Below, piece after piece: positions 28,456 through 38,066 of a stretch of 64,000 nucleotides of DNA. The position numbers were made by a program, and so were the translations under genes. The DNA comes from Candidatus Eiseniibacteriota bacterium (lineage in GTDB: Bacteria; Eisenbacteria; RBG-16-71-46). The DNA is taken from the NCBI GenBank assembly GCA_044222065.1, contig JBGAOA010000007.1:21889-85888 (forward strand). The letters run 5' to 3'. Position 1 is the stretch's first letter, and the number at the start of each line of letters is the position of its first letter. The notes under the pieces were generated by a model. It searched no databases. It saw only the letters and a list, made by a program, of their open reading frames with translations, and had not been told where the DNA came from.

Positions 28456-28487
28456 TTGACAAACTCGAAATTTAGTCGTATCTAAAT
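28456..28487 (+). promoter_or_regulatory. mntR promoter with DtxR/MntR operator
   Basis: TTGACA at 28456 and a perfect ATTTAG-N6-CTAAAT inverted repeat (28470-28487) over the -10 region. Confidence 0.8.
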
Positions 28488-28525
28488 CGCGCCGCGCTCG
28501 ACCGCCACCCCGGAGTTCCAACGCC

Positions 28526-29215
28526 GTGAAGGCTTCCACGCCCCGACTCTCGCGTTCGCGCGAGGACTACTTGAAGGCCCTGTTCGCGCTCGGCGCGGGC
28601 GAGGGTGTCGTCTCGGGCGCCGCCATCGCGCGCCGGCTCGAAGTGTCGGCGCCATCGGTCACGAACATGCTCGGCCGGCTCGCCGAGGAGCGGCTCGTCG
28701 AGTTCCTCGCGCGCGAAGGCGCGCGGCTCACGCCCGCGGGCAGGCGCGCCGCGATCGAAACCGTGCGGCGGCACCGCCTGCTCGAGACGTTCCTCGTGCG
28801 CGTGCTCGGCATGGACTGGAGCGAGGCGCACGAGGACGCCGAGGTCCTCGAACACCACATCAGCGACCGCGTGATCGAGGCGCTCGACCGCCTCATGGGG
28901 AGTCCGACCGAGGACCCGCACGGACACCCGATCCCGGACCGACAGGGCCGAATCGCGCGCCGCGCGCTCGTCGCGCTGTCGGGCCTTCCGGCCGGCACGC
29001 GCGCGGTCGTGCGCGAGATCCGCGATCGCGACCACGCGCGCATGGCGCGCTGGAAGCGCGCGGGGCTCGTACCGGGCGCCGAGGTCGAGGTGCGGGCGGG
29101 CGAGCCGGACGACGACCTGCTCGAACTGTCGGTGGACGGCCGCGTGCACACGGCGGCCCGCGCCGGAGTGGACGGCGTGTTCGTCGAGCGCCGCGCGGGG
29201 CGGAGGACGCGATGA
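28526..29215 (+). CDS. mntR: DtxR/MntR family metal-dependent repressor with FeoA-like domain
   Basis: EDYLKAL, RRHRLLETFL, HEDAEVLEH, DPHGHPIP. Confidence 0.9.
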   Translation: MKASTPRLSRSREDYLKALFALGAGEGVVSGAAIARRLEVSAPSVTNMLGRLAEERLVEFLAREGARLTPAGRRAAIETVRRHRLLETFLVRVLGMDWSEAHEDAEVLEHHISDRVIEALDRLMGSPTEDPHGHPIPDRQGRIARRALVALSGLPAGTRAVVREIRDRDHARMARWKRAGLVPGAEVEVRAGEPDDDLLELSVDGRVHTAARAGVDGVFVERRAGRRTR

Positions 29216-31215
29216 GCGACGACGCCCGCTCGCTGTCCGAGGTTCACTCGAGCGTCCGCGTGCCGCACGGGCTGTCGTGGTTCCGGCGCCTGTTCGCGTT
29301 CGCGGGTCCCGCGTACCTCGTCAGCGTCGGCTACATGGACCCGGGCAACTGGGCGACCGACCTCGCGGGCGGCGCGCGCTTCGGCTACCAGCTCGTGTGG
29401 GTGCTCGTGATGAGCAACCTCATGGCGGTGCTGCTCCAGACGCTCGCGGCGCGCCTCGGCCTCGTCACGGGGAGGGACCTCGCGCAGGCGTGCCGCGACT
29501 ACTACCCGCGCTGGCTCACCGCGCCGCTCTGGATCCTGTGCGAGATCGCGATCGTCGCGTGCGACCTCGCCGAAGTGCTCGGCGCGGCGATCGGCCTGCA
29601 CCTGCTGTTCGGCCTGCCGCTCTTCTGGGGCGTGCTCGTCACCGCGCTCGACGTGCTCATCCTGCTGAGCCTGTCGCGTCTTGGCATGCGGCGGCTCGAG
29701 GTGCTCATCATCGGGCTCGTCTCGACGATCGGCGTGTGCTTCGCGATCGAGATGCTGCTCGCGCGGCCGGACGTGATGGCGGTGCTCGCGCACGTGATCC
29801 CGCGCAACTTCGACGGCGTGCCGGAGCTGTTCGGCCGCGTGGACGGCGGCGGCGTGTCGGTGCTCGGCCTCCACGGCGACTCGCTGTTCATCGCAATGGG
29901 CATCCTCGGCGCGACCGTGATGCCCCACAACCTGTACCTGCACTCGGGGCTCGTGCAGACGCGCACCGTGCAGTCGTCGCGCGAAGGGAAGCGCGAGGCC
30001 GCGCGCTTCAACCTGGTGGACACGATCGTCGCGCTCAACGCCGCGCTGTTCGTGAACGGGGCGATCCTCGTGCTCTCGGCCGCCGTGTTCCACGGCTCGG
30101 GCCACCGCGACGTCGCGAGCCTCGAGGACGCGCACCGACTGCTCGCGCCACTGCTCGGCACCGGGCTCGCCTCGACCGTGTTCGCGCTCGCGCTGCTGTG
30201 CTCCGGCCAGTCGAGCACGATCACCGGCACGCTCGCGGGCCAGATCGTCATGGAGGGCTTCCTGCGCGTGCGCATCCGGCCGTGGCTGCGGCGGCTCGTG
30301 AGCCGCGGCCTCGCGATCGTGCCGGCGGCACTCGTGATCCTGTGGCGCGGCTCGGGCGCCGTGGACGACCTGCTGCTGCTGTCGCAGGTCGTGCTGAGCC
30401 TGCAGCTCTCGTTCGCCGTCATTCCGCTCGTCACGTTCACGAGCGACCGCTCCAAGATGGGCGAGTTCGTGAACCCGCCGTGGGTCGTCGTGCTCGCCGT
30501 GCTCGTGACCGCGGTGATCGCCGGACTCAACGTGAAGCTCGTCGCCGACCAGGTCTCGGCGTGGTTCGGCGCGGCGGGGCCGAACGCGATCTGGCTCTGG
30601 TCGCTGCTCGTGCCGGCGCTCGCCGCGACCGGAGCGATGCTGCTCTACCTGCTGCTCGCGCCGATCGCGCAGCGGCTCTGGCCCGCGCTCGCGCCGCGGC
30701 GCGACGCCGTCGCGCCGGTCGAACTCGCGGGCTCGCGCGCGCGCGAGGCGGCGGCCGCTCCGGAGCCGCTCGCGGGCCTCGCGCCGCTCACGAGCTACGG
30801 GCGCGTCGCGCTCGCGATCGAGCTCGGCTGGGGCGACGACGCGGCGATCCGCTACCTGCGCGCGTCGTCGTTCGCGCCCGACGCCGAGCTGCTGCTCATC
30901 CACGTCGCCGAGAGCGCGGCGAGCCGCTACCTCGGCGTCGAGAGTTCCGACGTCGAGGCGCGCGCCGACGCGCTCGCGCTCGAATCACTCGCCGCGGACT
31001 TCCGCGCGCTCGGCGTGCGCGCCGAGGCGTGCCTCGCGCACGGCGACCCGGCCGAGGAAATCCGGCGGCTCGTCGAGGCGCGCGGCGTGGACCTGCTCGT
31101 CACGGGCGGCCACGGCCACGGCGCGCTGCGCGACCTGATCTACGGCTCGACCGCCGCCGCCGTGCGGCACCGCGTGAAGTGTCCGGTGTTCAGCATCCCG
31201 GCGACGCGACCCTGA
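29212..31215 (+). CDS. mntH: Nramp Mn2+ transporter fused to a C-terminal USP domain
   Basis: YMDPGN, MPHNLYLHS, GQSSTITGTLAGQ; C-terminal LLIHV..GDP..GGHGH..YGST. Confidence 0.93.
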   Translation: MSDDARSLSEVHSSVRVPHGLSWFRRLFAFAGPAYLVSVGYMDPGNWATDLAGGARFGYQLVWVLVMSNLMAVLLQTLAARLGLVTGRDLAQACRDYYPRWLTAPLWILCEIAIVACDLAEVLGAAIGLHLLFGLPLFWGVLVTALDVLILLSLSRLGMRRLEVLIIGLVSTIGVCFAIEMLLARPDVMAVLAHVIPRNFDGVPELFGRVDGGGVSVLGLHGDSLFIAMGILGATVMPHNLYLHSGLVQTRTVQSSREGKREAARFNLVDTIVALNAALFVNGAILVLSAAVFHGSGHRDVASLEDAHRLLAPLLGTGLASTVFALALLCSGQSSTITGTLAGQIVMEGFLRVRIRPWLRRLVSRGLAIVPAALVILWRGSGAVDDLLLLSQVVLSLQLSFAVIPLVTFTSDRSKMGEFVNPPWVVVLAVLVTAVIAGLNVKLVADQVSAWFGAAGPNAIWLWSLLVPALAATGAMLLYLLLAPIAQRLWPALAPRRDAVAPVELAGSRAREAAAAPEPLAGLAPLTSYGRVALAIELGWGDDAAIRYLRASSFAPDAELLLIHVAESAASRYLGVESSDVEARADALALESLAADFRALGVRAEACLAHGDPAEEIRRLVEARGVDLLVTGGHGHGALRDLIYGSTAAAVRHRVKCPVFSIPATRP

Positions 31216-31304
31216 TCGTCGCGAAGGGCGGGTTGGACGCGGGGCGCACGCGCACTAGTATCCGCCCGCCCTTCGTCACGGCGACCTCGAACGCGGAGCT
31301 TCCG

Positions 31305-31790
31305 GTGAGCGATCGTCTGCAGCACGGCCGGCTCGCGGCCACGGTGTCCGAAATCCTCGACCTCGGCCCCGAGGTCCTGCCGCACTTCGAGATGGCGGCC
31401 GTGCCGACACTCGACGGCAACGAGCGCCCGGGCGAGGAGCCGCGCGTGCGCCGCCAGCTGCGCGCCGAGGGCGTGCGCGCGTCCCAGCACCGCGGCGTGC
31501 TGCTGCTCGAACCCGGCGACCTCGAACGCCTCGCCGGCTCGGGGATCCTGAGCGGCTCCGACGAAGTGTTCTTCCTCGCCGAATGGAACGACGAGTTCGA
31601 GCCGTTCCCGGGCCGCGTGAGCGCCGACCTTCACGACTTCAACGAGTCCACGCCGCTCGGACTGGAAGAGTGGATGGTGGACAGCGGCTGCCTGCTCGCG
31701 ATCGGCGACGGCCGCGGCGTGAACGTCGCGACGACGAGCCGGCCGCTCCTCGACCGGATCCGCGGCGCCTTCAAGGCCGCGAAGGGCTGA
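31305..31790 (+). CDS. Hypothetical protein
   Basis: GC3-biased ORF with GGAG RBS; TTGGAC-N17-TAGTAT upstream (31233-31261). Confidence 0.7.
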   Translation: MSDRLQHGRLAATVSEILDLGPEVLPHFEMAAVPTLDGNERPGEEPRVRRQLRAEGVRASQHRGVLLLEPGDLERLAGSGILSGSDEVFFLAEWNDEFEPFPGRVSADLHDFNESTPLGLEEWMVDSGCLLAIGDGRGVNVATTSRPLLDRIRGAFKAAKG

Positions 31791-31798
31791 GCGCCGGA

Positions 31799-32464
31799 AT
31801 GACGCATCGCCCCGCGGCCGGCCCCGCGCCGCGCCTCGTGCCGTTCACGATCGAAGGTCCGGCCGGTCCGCTCGAGGCGCTGCTGCAGGAGCACGACGAG
31901 CACGACCACACGCTCACGGCCGTCGTGTGCCATCCGCATCCGCTCTACGGCGGCACGATGCACAACAAGGTCGCGCACCGCGTCGCCTCCACGCTGCACG
32001 AACTCGGCGCCGCCGTCGTGCGCTTCAATTTCCGCGGCGTGGGGAAGAGCGCGGGGCAGCACGACCGCGGCCGCGGCGAGACCGAGGACGCGCGCGCCGC
32101 GCTCCGCTTCCTGCGCCAGCGTTACCCGGCCGCGCGCCGCTGGGTCGCAGGGTTCTCGTTCGGCTCGGGCGTCGCCGCGCGCCTCGCCGCGAGCGAGCCC
32201 GAGATCGAACGGCTGATCCTCGTCGCGCCTCCGGTCGCGAGCGTGAACTTCGACATCCTCAAGTCGCTCTCGACCCCGAAGCTCGTGCTCCAGGGAACGG
32301 CCGACACGACCTGCCCGCCGGAGCGGCTCTACGCCCAGTTCCCGACGTGGTCGCCGCCGCGCGAACTCATCGAGATTCCGAACGCCACCCACTTCTTCGA
32401 CAAGCAGTTGGGCGCGCTCGCTCACGCACTGGAGCAGGCGCTCGGCGGGCGGAGCGCGGCGTGA
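31799..32464 (+). CDS. Alpha/beta hydrolase
   Basis: HPHPLYGGTMHNKV, RFNFRGVG, GFSFG, QGTAD, THFF. Confidence 0.92.
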   Translation: MTHRPAAGPAPRLVPFTIEGPAGPLEALLQEHDEHDHTLTAVVCHPHPLYGGTMHNKVAHRVASTLHELGAAVVRFNFRGVGKSAGQHDRGRGETEDARAALRFLRQRYPAARRWVAGFSFGSGVAARLAASEPEIERLILVAPPVASVNFDILKSLSTPKLVLQGTADTTCPPERLYAQFPTWSPPRELIEIPNATHFFDKQLGALAHALEQALGGRSAA

Positions 32465-33381
32465 GCGCGCGACGCGTCCTCGCGTTTGCGCTGCTCGGGC
32501 TCGCGCTCGGCGGGTGCGGCCGGCCGGGCACGAACGAGCGTCCGACCGAGTCGGCGATGCCCGCGTCGGATGCCGGCTTCCCGTGGGCGCTCGACACGCT
32601 CTGGGACGACGGCCGCGCGGAGGTCTCGCGCTACGTCGGCACGACGATCCGCTACGACGCGCCGCGTGCGACCGAGGCGCGGATCGTCGTCGTGAAGGAG
32701 GACGTGCTGAACGACCAGCTCGTGAAGAGCGATCGCGGCGCGATTCCCGGCCGGACGACCGAAGCGCTCAAGCAGATCGCGACGATCGAATTCACGACCG
32801 GGACTTACGGCTACCGGCTCGCGTCCACGACGTTCTTCTTCCGCCGCTCGCTCGAGCCGTTCAAGGAGGTTGCGAGCACGTACGACGGCTGCGGCGTCAC
32901 GACCGCGCGCGTCGGTCCCGCGCAGGGGCGGCTCATGCATTCGGCGCATTCCTACTGGGAGGGCGAGGCCGATCGCATGCTCGACGTGACGTGGCCGCTC
33001 GACGGCCGGCCGCGCGTGTGGTTCGACGCGCTGCCCGTGTGGCTGCGCGGCGCGCTCGACTCGGGCGCGGTGCCCGAGCGCGTGTGGCTCTTGCCGACGC
33101 AGATGAGCGGGCGCTCGCCCGCGAGCGCCGCGGTGCCCGTCGCGGCGGACCTCGTCGCCTCGGACGGCGGGGGGCTCAAAGTTCCCGCGGGCCGTGTCGC
33201 CGCGACGCGTCTCGTCGAGGTGCGCACTGCGGCCGACACGTCGCGCTGGTGGTTCGACGCGGTGGCGCCGCACGTGCTCGTGAAGTTCGAGTCGCGCGAG
33301 CGCACGCTCGAACTCGCGAAGACGCTGCGGCTCGACTACTGGAACCACCGCGCGCCGGGCGACGAGGCGCTGCTCCGCTGA
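32461..33381 (+). CDS. Hypothetical lipoprotein
   Basis: Lipobox LGGC; WDDGRAEVSRY, SYWEGE, RLDYW motifs. Confidence 0.75.
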   Translation: MSARRVLAFALLGLALGGCGRPGTNERPTESAMPASDAGFPWALDTLWDDGRAEVSRYVGTTIRYDAPRATEARIVVVKEDVLNDQLVKSDRGAIPGRTTEALKQIATIEFTTGTYGYRLASTTFFFRRSLEPFKEVASTYDGCGVTTARVGPAQGRLMHSAHSYWEGEADRMLDVTWPLDGRPRVWFDALPVWLRGALDSGAVPERVWLLPTQMSGRSPASAAVPVAADLVASDGGGLKVPAGRVAATRLVEVRTAADTSRWWFDAVAPHVLVKFESRERTLELAKTLRLDYWNHRAPGDEALLR

Positions 33382-33447
33382 GCCCGGCGCATCGGGCGGG
33401 GGTCGAGCGCCGCGTTCCGGCGTCGCCCGCAGCCCGGGCGACGAACC

Positions 33448-34386
33448 TCAGCTCTCGGCCTTGAGGCCGCCGCCCTCGCGCCGCTGCGCCCGCTCGCTCT
33501 CGAGCGCGGGCTCCACGTGCACCACGACGTCCGTGAGGCCGGCCCAGCGCGCCCGCAGCCGCTGCTCGACGCGGTGGCCGATCGCGTGCGCGTCGGCGAC
33601 CGGCAGCGCCGGGTCCACGAGCACGTGCAGGTCCACGTGGATGTCGTCGTCGGGACCGCGCGAGCGCACGTTGTGCGCCTCGCGCACGCCGGGCTCGCCG
33701 AGCGCGGTCTCTTCGATGTCGCGCGGGTCGATGCGCCGCTCGTCCGAGAGCGTGGACAGCGTGTGCCGCAGGATCTCGAGGCCGGCGCGCAGGATCAGCG
33801 CCACGATCATCGCCGCCGCGATCACATCGGCCCACACGAGCCCGAGCTTCGTCGCGGCGAAGCTCACGAGCACGAGCACGCTCGCGAGCACGTCGCTGCC
33901 GGTGTGCGCCGCGTCCGAGAGCAGCAGCTCGCTCTGGAGCCGACGGCCCTCGCGGCGCTCGAGCCACACGACGAACAGGTTCACGCCGATCGTCGCGACC
34001 AGGATCACGACGCCGGCGATCGAGACCTGCGGCACCGCCGGATGGCGCAGGCGCTCGATCGCCGCCGTGACGATCTCGTGGCAGCCGAAGAACAGCATGC
34101 CGGCGATGCCGAGTGCGGCGAACGTCTCGTACTTGCGGTGTCCGTACGGGTGGTTGTCGTCGGGCGGGCGGCGCGACACCGCGATGCCGACGAGCCCGAT
34201 CACGTTGCTCGAGCCGTCGAGCAGGGAGTGGATGCCGTCGGCCGTGATCGAGAGCGCGCCGCTGCGATAGCCGTACACGAGCTTCGCCACCGCGACGAGC
34301 AGGTTGAGCCCGAGGATCTGCCACAGCACGAGTGAGATCGCATCGAGGCGGCGTGCCGCCTGAGGCTTGAGCGCGGTCTCGTTCAC
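33448..34386 (-). CDS. Cation diffusion facilitator (FieF-like)
   Basis: ADGIHSLLD, HPYGHRKYE, DAAHTGSD, AHAIG, VHVEP. Confidence 0.93.
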   Translation of the reverse strand: MNETALKPQAARRLDAISLVLWQILGLNLLVAVAKLVYGYRSGALSITADGIHSLLDGSSNVIGLVGIAVSRRPPDDNHPYGHRKYETFAALGIAGMLFFGCHEIVTAAIERLRHPAVPQVSIAGVVILVATIGVNLFVVWLERREGRRLQSELLLSDAAHTGSDVLASVLVLVSFAATKLGLVWADVIAAAMIVALILRAGLEILRHTLSTLSDERRIDPRDIEETALGEPGVREAHNVRSRGPDDDIHVDLHVLVDPALPVADAHAIGHRVEQRLRARWAGLTDVVVHVEPALESERAQRREGGGLKAES

Positions 34387-34447
34387 GCGAGGGGCTCCAT
34401 GCCGCGCATCATGCGGCGCTCACGGCCGCGCGAGCAAGCGCCGCGGG

Positions 34448-37155
34448 TCAGCGCACGCGCACGACGCGAGCGTGCGCGAGCGTGCGGCCGTCGGCGATGA
34501 GCCGTGCGAAGTAGAGCCCCGCCGCGACGCGCGCCGGAATCGCCGCCGCGAGTTCGCGCGCGCCCGCGGGCGCGGGACCGCGCCACAGCGAGGCGACGCG
34601 GCGGCCCTGCACGTCGTAGAGCGCCCAGTCGAGGTCGCGCACGCCGGCTCCGAGCGCGAGCGACAGACGCAGCCGGTCGCGCGCGGGGTTCGGCCACGGT
34701 GCGCCGACCGCCGCGCGCGGCGCGGATGGCTCGACGTCGAGCGCCTCGCCGTCCGGGTAGAGCACGCGAACGTGGTCCACGAACCAGCCGTCGAGGCCGT
34801 AGAAGTCGTCCGTGAGCATGCGGAAGCGGAAGCGCAGCGGTCCGGCGCCGAACGCGCCGAGGTCCACCGTTTCCGTGCGCCAGCCGTTCGAGACGCCGCT
34901 CCAGCACGGCGTGCCCGTCTCGAACGGGTCGCCGCCGAGGATGAACGTGTGCGTGTAGCCCGCGGCCGGTGTCGCGACGAGCCAGGGGCCGTTGTTCACC
35001 GAGACCTCGACGCGCGCGCCGTCCCACGCGCGCGTCGCGTTCGCCTGCTCGAGCGCGTAGCGGTGGTCGAAACGCAGCCGCGTGCCCGGGACGACGTCGT
35101 TGAGGAGCGGCGAGTAGAGGACGGCGTCGAGGTGCGGCGGATAGACGCCGCCCGGCGCGCCGCACTTCCAGCTCGTGCCGCCCGGAGGCGAGGCGTCCTC
35201 GGTCGAGAATCCCCACGCGTCGCGGTACGACCACCAGTAGGGCAGGTGGAAGAACCCGTCGGCCCCGTTCTCGAAGTCGTGCAGCCGGTCGCGGGTCACG
35301 CGCACCGTGTCGAACGCGGCGTTCGAGTACGCCACGTTGTGCGCGGCCGAGGCGTCGCGCGCGACGAAGCGGTACGTGAAGAACTGCCCGGGCTGGAGGC
35401 CCCAGCCGAGGTCGATCGTGAACGAATCGCGTCCGGCGCGCGTCGTCGGGAAGACGCCGAGCGCGCCGCCGTTCGCGCGCGTCTCGGCCCACACCGTGTC
35501 GAGGCCGACGTTGTCCGTGATGCGCGCGAGCAGCCGCCGCGGCATGGATCCGGACGCGGTTTCGACCTGAACGCGGTGAGTGATCGCGGGCGGCGTCGTG
35601 TCGGGGCCGATCGTGAACGCGTGCGGCGCGAGCGCACCCGCGGGCGGATCGTCGGCCGCGATGCCGGCCGAGTCGGTCGCGGCGTGCAGGTAGTACTCGA
35701 ACGCGCCGCTCGCGAACGTCGCGGGGAAGACGGCCGCGAACGAATCCGCGCCCGCGCTCGCGAACGGCACGACGTTCCAGGGCCCGCCGCCCGCCGGCCG
35801 CCAGTGGAGCGTGAGGCCGCCCGCGGGAACCGCGAGCCCGAGCCCTCCGCCCGTGATGCGCACGCGCGCGCCGAGCGGCCGTGGCGCCGCGGCGTTCTCG
35901 GAGTCGCCGAGCGGCGTGTGCGCGATCTCGACGCTCCCCGCGCGCGAGTCGAGCGCCGTGCTCACCGCGCCTCGGTACCACGTCGCCTCGGCGAACCACG
36001 TCTCGAAGCGCGCGCGGAACGACTCGAGCTTCGCGAGATCGGCCGTCGACGGCGGCGCGCCGGGCGGCGTGACGAGCGCAATTCCGAGGCGGAACGCCTT
36101 CGGGCTCGTCGCCGCGTCGGGCACGCGCGGACCTTCCGCGGCGATGACGTCGGACACGTTCCAGGTCGTCTTGCGCCCGTCGGCGCCGAGTCCCACGAAC
36201 GGATCGGAATGCACGACGTAGGTGTTCGGAGGGTTGAAGTCGTGCGGGTCGTTCACGACGAACACGGACGGCGTCTCGAACGCCGGGCGCAGGCCCATCA
36301 GGTACTGGTCGAGCGGCGTGTAGCCGGTCGAGACGCTGTCGGTGACGAACGTGTCGGGGGCGACCTCGCGCCAGCCGCAGCCCTCCATGATCGAGGACTG
36401 GTCCGAGAAGAAATTCCAGTGCTGCTCGTCGCGGCCGAGCAGCGCCGGCACGCGATCGCCGGCCGAGTCCACGTACACGTAGCTCAGCCACGCGTGCCCG
36501 AACTCGTGGCCGAGCAGGTCCATCGCGGTCATGCCGTTCGCCCACGTCGTCGAATCGGGTTCGTCGAAGTAGCGTTCCAGGCCGTTCATCACGAGCACCG
36601 CCTGCAGCCGGCCGGCGCTGCCCGAGCCGCCGGGGAGGTCGTAGGCCGGCAGCCCGATGCCGGCGACGTCGTTCTTCAAGAGGTACGACGCCGCGAGTGC
36701 GCCGGGCGAGCCGAGCCACACGTTGCTGCCGCTCGTGAAGTAGAACGCGAGTTGGTCGTAGTCGTCGCCGTGGGTGCGGTAGAAGGCGCGCGCCGCGGCG
36801 AACACGTCGAACAGGCGGTGGCCGACCTTGTCGTTGAAGAACAGCGTGCCGTCGTCCTCGATCACCGCGATCTCGCCGGCGTCGTAGCGCGCGGCCGCGG
36901 GCGCGGCGAGAGCGGCACATCGCGCGCGACGCGCGCCCAGAGAGGGATGCCGTGTTCGCGAGCGAGGCGCTGCACGCGGAGCCCGGGGCCGGGGCGGCGA
37001 GCACGTCGCGCGCGGCGGCGGCCGGCGCCACCGGCGCGGCCGGAGCGCGTCCGCGGGCACCGGCCGGGCGACGGCGAAGCTCGCGGGTCGCGACGAGCGC
37101 GAGCGAGACCGGCAGAGCGAGCGAGCGATTCGGGCGTCGGCGGTGTCCGGTGCAT
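34448..37155 (-). CDS. Secreted zinc-metallopeptidase-like protein with C-terminal FlgD-Ig/T9SS-like domain; 5' end frameshifted
   Basis: GHEFGHAW, LDQYLMG, DFENG..GWFVDHV domain, PWPNP..LYDVQGRRV..VAAGLYFARL. Coherent from about 36900 onward; the signal-peptide region is split over frames. Confidence 0.75.
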
Positions 37156-37316
37156 GGCAGTATCGGAGCGGATCGCCGTCCGGGCCACGGTCGATCGCGG
37201 ACGTCGATCCCGGCCCGGACGCGTGTGACGGTCACCCGGGTCGCGCATTCGCTGGGTGCCGCCCTCCGGGTGACGCCCGGCCCCACCGCCTCGAATCCGA
37301 CAGGAAGGAACCGCCC

Positions 37317-37889
37317 ATGCGACCCCGCTTCGCGCTGCTCGCGCTCGCCGCCACACTGCTCGCCGCCGCTTCGGTTCAGGCCGCCCCTCCGCAAGCGCCG
37401 CGACTCGGCCAGGCCGTCGCGCTGCTCGGCGGCGGCCAGACCGTGCCCTCGGCCTGGGCGGGCGTGTGGCAGAACGTGGATTCGACCTACACGGGCTGCG
37501 ACGTGCTCGCGCCGATCGGCACGTCGAACGCGACGGACACGCTCTGCACGGGGCAGACGCTGCTGCCCGACACGACCGGCATCGGTTCGCTGAACTGCAA
37601 CGGCACCGTCACGGACACGCAGGTGGACATCACGTGCACGGGTTCGACCGCGCAGGACAGCTGCACGATCGACTTCACGTACCACATCACGGGAACGCGC
37701 ACCGGGAACTCGGCGGTGTTCGTGACGACGCTCGTGCAGCACTACTCGCCGCCGAGCGCGTGCTTCTTCCTGCCCGACCAGTGCATGCGCTTCGTCTCGC
37801 GCGGCACGCGCATCGCGGCGGAACCGCCGACGTGCGGCACGCCGGCGCGGCGAACGACGTGGGGGACGGTGAAGACGTTGTACCGGTAA
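37317..37889 (+). CDS. Secreted Cys/Thr-rich protein ending in TWGTVKTLYR
   Basis: AGGAAGGA RBS, signal peptide (VQA|AP), 8 Cys. Confidence 0.85.
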   Translation: MRPRFALLALAATLLAAASVQAAPPQAPRLGQAVALLGGGQTVPSAWAGVWQNVDSTYTGCDVLAPIGTSNATDTLCTGQTLLPDTTGIGSLNCNGTVTDTQVDITCTGSTAQDSCTIDFTYHITGTRTGNSAVFVTTLVQHYSPPSACFFLPDQCMRFVSRGTRIAAEPPTCGTPARRTTWGTVKTLYR

Positions 37890-38066
37890 CGGCGCCCCGC
37901 CGTCGCGGAATCCGTGGGGGCTCGGCCCCGCCGCTGGCGCTCAGACGCCCGCGCGCGGGGCCGGGAATTTCTGTTCGGTTCTCCCAACCGGGCCGTCCAG
38001 TGGATTGGGGCCTCTCCGCGCCTCGCTCCGCCGACAAGACGCTTCCACCCACCCGAGGAGACTCCG

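Noticed and set aside
1951..28462. Apparent long N-terminal extensions in the ORF track (hypB, fabH, pilB, E1-alpha, E1-beta)
   Set aside because: They come from the longest-ORF rule; downstream starts have an RBS or stop-start overlaps and match family lengths.
38030..38037. GCCGACAA sigma28-like -10 upstream of 38067
   Set aside because: No matching -35 at the right spacing.
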